Shown piece after piece: positions 62,537 through 64,000 of a stretch of 64,000 nucleotides of DNA (within the stretch, counting starts at the first letter, position 1; each line of letters begins with the position of its first letter). Position numbers and translations under genes: made by a program. The stretch covers positions 43,524,001 to 43,588,000 of the forward strand of contig NC_043015.1 of NCBI RefSeq assembly GCF_006345805.1, read 5' to 3'. This DNA is from Octopus sinensis (taxonomy: Eukaryota). A model generated the notes under the pieces. That model did not search any database and had not been told where the DNA came from. It saw nothing but the letters and a program-made list of their open reading frames with translations.

Positions 62537-64000
62537 GTATACGAATCAGAAAGACAGATGTGGAAGACGAACTTCTGATCTCAGGCTCTGGGATTCCGTA
62601 TCATTATCTTTGGTTATTATTATATATTCCCATATGTTTCTTCTGCAATGCTCTTCTCCTACACGATTCCATTTAAATGCTATTGCTCCAGCGAGGCAAA
62701 AATTACAATGGCTCGAGTCATCTAATCATCCAAACAATTAAAGAACACATTATCTCTCCGGATTCTGTGCACTCACTTTTCAATTCTTTCAGTGCAGGGA
62801 CTTTCGATCCATTTTATTCTGTTTCGCTGGAAAAAAAAAGATGAGATAATTTCCCCCGTAAGCAGTTTGAGTGATTAAGTATAATCCTCTTTTATCGGTT
62901 CCTGCTTGCCATGTCATATTTGTACCCATAAATATCGGAAAGATAAGGGAACTATTTAGGAATGCGTATATACATTCATATGTGTGTGTTTGTGAGTTTG
63001 AGTGGGTTTGCATGCAAATTCATGCGCGCGCATATGTGTATGTATTCTGCCGATTGTTATTCTAAATGCATCATTTAGTACATTATAATCTCCTGGTTCT
63101 TCATTGGATTTTGCCGATCTTAAGAAGACATATATTTATTATTGTCAATGTGAACAAGAACATATTTATCTCATTTTTCTGTCGTGTTATAGAATATCTT
63201 ATATCTTATATCGTTCGAAATATATTACCCGATAGATAAATTTCTCCGGCACAAAGAAAATTGGATGTTATTCAAAATAATATTTTCTTCTTTGAAATTC
63301 ATGAGAAAGCAACACGCTAAATATATATGATGAGCAATAACAAGGAGAAGTTAGTTTCTTTCTAAACTTATTGAAGATTTCTGCTACTCTGTCATTCACT
63401 GCTGAGTTCAAATCGTACAAAGTTACGAACGTTCATCCCTTCGCCTTCCCATAAGAAAGAAACAACTAGTCCCAGTGGTGGATGGGTAGAACTTTAAACA
63501 AAACAGCAGAACTAATTTCTGGCGGACTCTTTTCCGAACTCATCGCATTCTGAGTTCAAATCCTGCCTTAACTGCCATGAGTGAATATCTTAATGTGTCG
63601 TCCTGCTTAACAAACGAAGCTGCCATTTGACTGCTTTAGCGAACTCCGCTCTGTTGTCAACATTATTGCAGGGCCCCTCTCTGAAGATTGCTTTCCTTGC
63701 TCTGCATCGCAGTGTTCTCTGCCTCAGTAGCTCAGGAAAGAGTCAGGAGTAGCGATCATTCGCCTGACAAAAGCATTATAAGAAATAACTGCGTGTCTCT
63801 GTGATCAAGAAGCTCGCTGTGCAACGACTTGGTTTCGGATTCAGTCCCCCTATGCGGCATCTCGGAGTGTGGTTTCTACTATAGTTCCGAGTCGACCAAT
63901 GCCTCGTGACTTTATTGCCTTCGGGGAAACTGTTAAAGAGTCTATTGTCAGTATGTAACATTCATTCATACATACATACATACATACATACATACATACA

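Overview
AT-rich, repeat-saturated eukaryotic (animal) DNA in which I could not recognise any intact host gene. The SINE repertoire (tRNA-headed families resembling the octopus OR/OK SINEs, one with a CORE-like domain), the dense (AT)n/(GATA)n/(AAT)n microsatellites and the RTE/CR1 relics point to an Octopus-type genome (inference), probably intronic or intergenic. Contents: four recurrent SINE types (labelled here A, B, C and OR2-like), many with TSDs; decayed LINEs (RTE, CR1, R4/Dong); Tc1/mariner relics (DD34D-type and DD37D/maT); non-autonomous Helitrons; a MITE; and a 100-N assembly gap. Most listed ORFs are microsatellite translations. The most notable signals are: (1) short elements abutting (TA)n that carry minimal hammerhead-ribozyme folds of Penelope-like type, one with a canonical core and several with variant cores but covarying stems; (2) a perfect spacerless 622-bp palindrome carrying such a fold in each arm, plus further fold-backs; (3) a 111-nt templated capture of neighbouring DNA inside a SINE; (4) a 13-nt SINE-tail insertion with a 16-bp TSD; (5) a three-piece CR1 with an internal inversion whose breakpoint is a 9-bp hairpin. 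All alignments were done by eye; family names are by resemblance and need database confirmation.
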